DNA of 64,000 nucleotides from an uncultured bacterium. GTDB lineage: Bacteria > Verrucomicrobiota > Verrucomicrobiia > Limisphaerales > UBA8199. The translations under genes were made by a program, and so were the position numbers. The notes below the pieces were generated by a model, which was given only the letters and a program-made list of their open reading frames with translations, ran no database searches and was not told where the DNA came from. Shown in pieces: positions 61,636 to 64,000 of the stretch. The stretch lies in NCBI GenBank assembly GCA_963749495.1, contig CAVVMW010000030.1:160001-224000 (forward strand), in the 5' to 3' direction. The first letter of the stretch is position 1. The number at the start of each line of letters is the position of its first letter.

Positions 61636-61780
61636 AATGGACAGGGGTTGATTTGTAACTGCGCCGGAAACTCTCACGCCCGCAGGCCCCGGGTCAAGAG
61701 GCAATTCTGGCAGGGCGCATCCATCCTGAGCTTGACGTGGCGGATTCCGCCTCTTAGTGTTCTTTCTGCATTGGATTGCG

Positions 61781-63241
61781 GTGCGCGACTATCCCAAACA
61801 TTACTGCGGGGTCTTCGGTGTTTTCGGCCATCCGAACGCCGCCGAACTGACTTACTACGGCCTCTATGCCTTGCAGCACCGGGGCCAGGAAAGCGCGGGC
61901 ATTGTGACCTCGGATGGGCGCCAGTTCTATGCCCACAAAGGCATGGGCCTGGTCTCGCAGGTCTTCAACGGCAATCTCCTGCGCGAGTTGACGGGCCAAA
62001 TGGCCGTCGGCCACACCCGCTACTCCACCACCGGCTCCTCGCACTTGCGCAACGCCCAGCCGCTGACCGTGGACTGCGCCCGCGGCCAGATCGCCATCGC
62101 CCATAACGGCAACTTGACCAATGCCGCCAGGCTCCGCGCCGAGCTGGAATCCCGCGGCTCCATCTTCCAGACCACCGTTGACAGCGAGATCATCCTCCAC
62201 CTGATGGCCCAGCCCAGCCTCAACGGCCAGCGCGATAGCCTCCTCCAGACCCTCCGCCGCATCGAAGGCGCCTATTCCCTGGTGATGATGACCGAAAAAG
62301 AACTCATCGGCGTGCGCGACCCTTACGGCTTCCGCCCGCTTTGCCTGGGCCGGCTCGACCAGGCCTGGGTGCTGGCCAGCGAGACCTGCGCCCTCGACCT
62401 CATCCACGCCAAGTTCCTCCGCGATGTCGAGCCGGGCGAAATCGTGGTCCTTAACCAGGACGGCCTCACCAGCTTCCAGGCCTTCCCCGAGCAGGAGCGC
62501 CGCGCCTTCTGCATCTTCGAATACGTCTATTTCGCCCGCCCCGACAGCACCATCGCCAATCGCAGCGTCTATAGGGTCCGGGTCGAACTGGGCCGCCAAC
62601 TCGCCCGCGAGTTCCCCGTCCAGGCCGACGTTGTCGTGCCGGTCCCCGACAGCGGCAACTGCGCCGCCCTGGGCTACTCGCTGGAGTCGCAAATCCCCTA
62701 CGAAATGGCCTTCGTCCGCAACCATTACATCGGCCGCAGCTTCCTCCAGCCCTCCCAGCTCATTCGCGACTTCGACGTGCGGGTCAAGCTCAACCTCATC
62801 GAGGAACTGGTCAAAAACAAGCGCGTGGTCGTGGTCGACGATTCCATCGTGCGCGGCACCACCTGCAAGGCCCGCGTCAACAACCTCAAAGAGGCCGGCG
62901 CCAAAGAGGTTCACGTGATGGTCAGTTGCCCCCCCCACGTGCGCCCTTGTGTTTATGGCATCGACTTCCCCGACCCCAGCAAACTGATGGCCGCCAACTA
63001 TTCGCTGGATCAGATCCGCGCTTACCTCAACGCCGATTCCCTCCATTACCTCTCCCAGGCCGGCATGGTCCAGGCCACCGGCCTGCCCAAAGAGGCCTTC
63101 TGCATGGCCTGCTACGACGGCAATTACCCCGTGCCGTTCGACACCGCCGTGGACAAGCTCGTCATCGAGCGGCGCAACGCCCGCCTGCCCAGCCTGGCCG
63201 AGGCCCTGGCCAACGAAAGGGCCCAAATCAAGCTGCTCTGA
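61781..63241 (+). CDS. purF: Amidophosphoribosyltransferase
   Basis: Short propeptide then CGVFG; QHRGQESAG; VDDSIVRGTT; Fe-S cysteines (FCIFE, CVYG, CMAC). Confidence 0.97.
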   Translation: MRDYPKHYCGVFGVFGHPNAAELTYYGLYALQHRGQESAGIVTSDGRQFYAHKGMGLVSQVFNGNLLRELTGQMAVGHTRYSTTGSSHLRNAQPLTVDCARGQIAIAHNGNLTNAARLRAELESRGSIFQTTVDSEIILHLMAQPSLNGQRDSLLQTLRRIEGAYSLVMMTEKELIGVRDPYGFRPLCLGRLDQAWVLASETCALDLIHAKFLRDVEPGEIVVLNQDGLTSFQAFPEQERRAFCIFEYVYFARPDSTIANRSVYRVRVELGRQLAREFPVQADVVVPVPDSGNCAALGYSLESQIPYEMAFVRNHYIGRSFLQPSQLIRDFDVRVKLNLIEELVKNKRVVVVDDSIVRGTTCKARVNNLKEAGAKEVHVMVSCPPHVRPCVYGIDFPDPSKLMAANYSLDQIRAYLNADSLHYLSQAGMVQATGLPKEAFCMACYDGNYPVPFDTAVDKLVIERRNARLPSLAEALANERAQIKLL

Positions 63242-63343
63242 TCCACAGTCCACAGTCCACAGTCCACAGTCCACAGCCGGCAGACCGTCCGCCGTCATTC
63301 GTCATTCGTCATTCGTCATTCGTCATTCGTCATTCGTCATTCG
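63242..63343. repeat. Heptamer arrays (TCCACAG)5 and (GTCATTC)7
   Basis: Direct reading. Confidence 0.9.
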
Positions 63344-63349
63344 ATTTCC

Positions 63350-63378
63350 TTGACCCCTGCCCGGAAATGACCGATAAT
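63350..63378 (+). promoter_or_regulatory. Putative sigma70 promoter of ssrA
   Basis: TTGACC-N17-GATAAT. Confidence 0.55.
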
Positions 63379-63390
63379 GTCAGTGTTGCT

Positions 63391-63747
63391 GGGGGCGTAC
63401 TGGTTTCGACCTGGCAGGTACGTCAGAGGCGGCATGCCGAGGATGGTTCGTTGGCCTCGTTAATCACCGGACCAAAACAATAACTGCTAACCAAGAATTA
63501 GCTCTCGCGGCCTAACGTGCCGCGACGTTCGCCGGCTGACGCCTGCTGGGCCGGCAGAACGCCACAGCAGGCTAGGCGGGTTGCGGCGCCTGCGCGCCAT
63601 CCGCCGAAGCTCTTATCCTGCGGGCTAGGCCTTGCGGCTCGGTGTCAGGCCGCTATCGCAGGGCAGAAAACTCTCTCCTGACTAAGCATGTAGTCGCGGC
63701 TGGTGCATTTGCCAGGGACGCGGGTTCAACTCCCGCCGCCTCCACCA
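63391..63747 (+). ncRNA. ssrA: tmRNA; tag (A)ANQELALAA* at 63486-63515
   Basis: 5' GGGGGCG..GGTTTCGAC pairs with 3' CGCCTCC-ACCA including G3.U; T-arm GCGGGTTCAACTCCCGC; ATAACT before the resume codon. Confidence 0.95.
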
Positions 63748-63774
63748 ACTAAATCAGGCATGAAAAGGAAATGC

Positions 63775-63803
63775 TTGACATGACGGGGCAGATACGGGAC
63801 AAT
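63775..63803 (+). promoter_or_regulatory. Putative sigma70 promoter, leaderless geometry
   Basis: TTGACA-N17-GACAAT; ATG 7 nt downstream; no Shine-Dalgarno. Confidence 0.5.
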
Positions 63804-63809
63804 CCGCGC

Positions 63810-64000
63810 ATGAAAACGCAGCGAAATAACCCTGAATCTGACAGCTCGAACGGCTCCCCAATCGCGATTTCAGAGGGAAGCAGCTCGGTCAAAATCTACC
63901 GCACCGTAAACCGCATCTATCGCGCCAACTCCCAAACGGGCGAACAGGAGCTGAAGAGCGAACATCCCCAGTTCACCCTGGTTTATTACTTAGGGTCGCG
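63810..64000 (+). CDS. Partial ORF, probable tyrosine integrase N-terminus
   Basis: Open to the window end: ...SSVKIYRT...QFTLVYYLGS; lies next to the ssrA 3' end; lower GC; catalytic motifs not visible. Confidence 0.5.
   Translation, partial: MKTQRNNPESDSSNGSPIAISEGSSSVKIYRTVNRIYRANSQTGEQELKSEHPQFTLVYYLGS

Overview
GC-rich bacterial chromosomal segment. Gene content suggests Verrucomicrobiota, probably Pedosphaera/Limisphaera-like (inference). Housekeeping and metabolic genes: hpnJ, hpnH, pdxJ, panC, panB, mog, moaC, nikR, fba, purF and tmRNA (ssrA), plus pilT, pilC, several secreted carbohydrate/redox enzymes, three type II TA loci (two with deleted PIN toxins), an ATPase + TOPRIM-like pair between hpn genes, and the start of a probable integrase after ssrA. 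The centre (23.1-42.9 kb) is a six-gene pilin/pseudopilin cassette resembling Verru_Chthon D-B-C-A, followed by a 3227-aa subtilase with nested domains. The most unusual signal is that a repeated element bracketed by inverted heptamer arrays supplies the start codon and cleavable leader of three pilins. It expands in frame-preserving 42-bp steps inside coding sequence but in free 7-bp steps outside it. Intergenic DNA is full of heptamer arrays, REP-like palindromes and three MITE types with near-perfect target-site duplications, including one nested insertion whose empty allele is also in the window. About 14 single-base frameshifts cluster at CCAG, GTAC and CCGG contexts and are probably sequencing errors. 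All calls come from motif recognition by eye; no searches were run.
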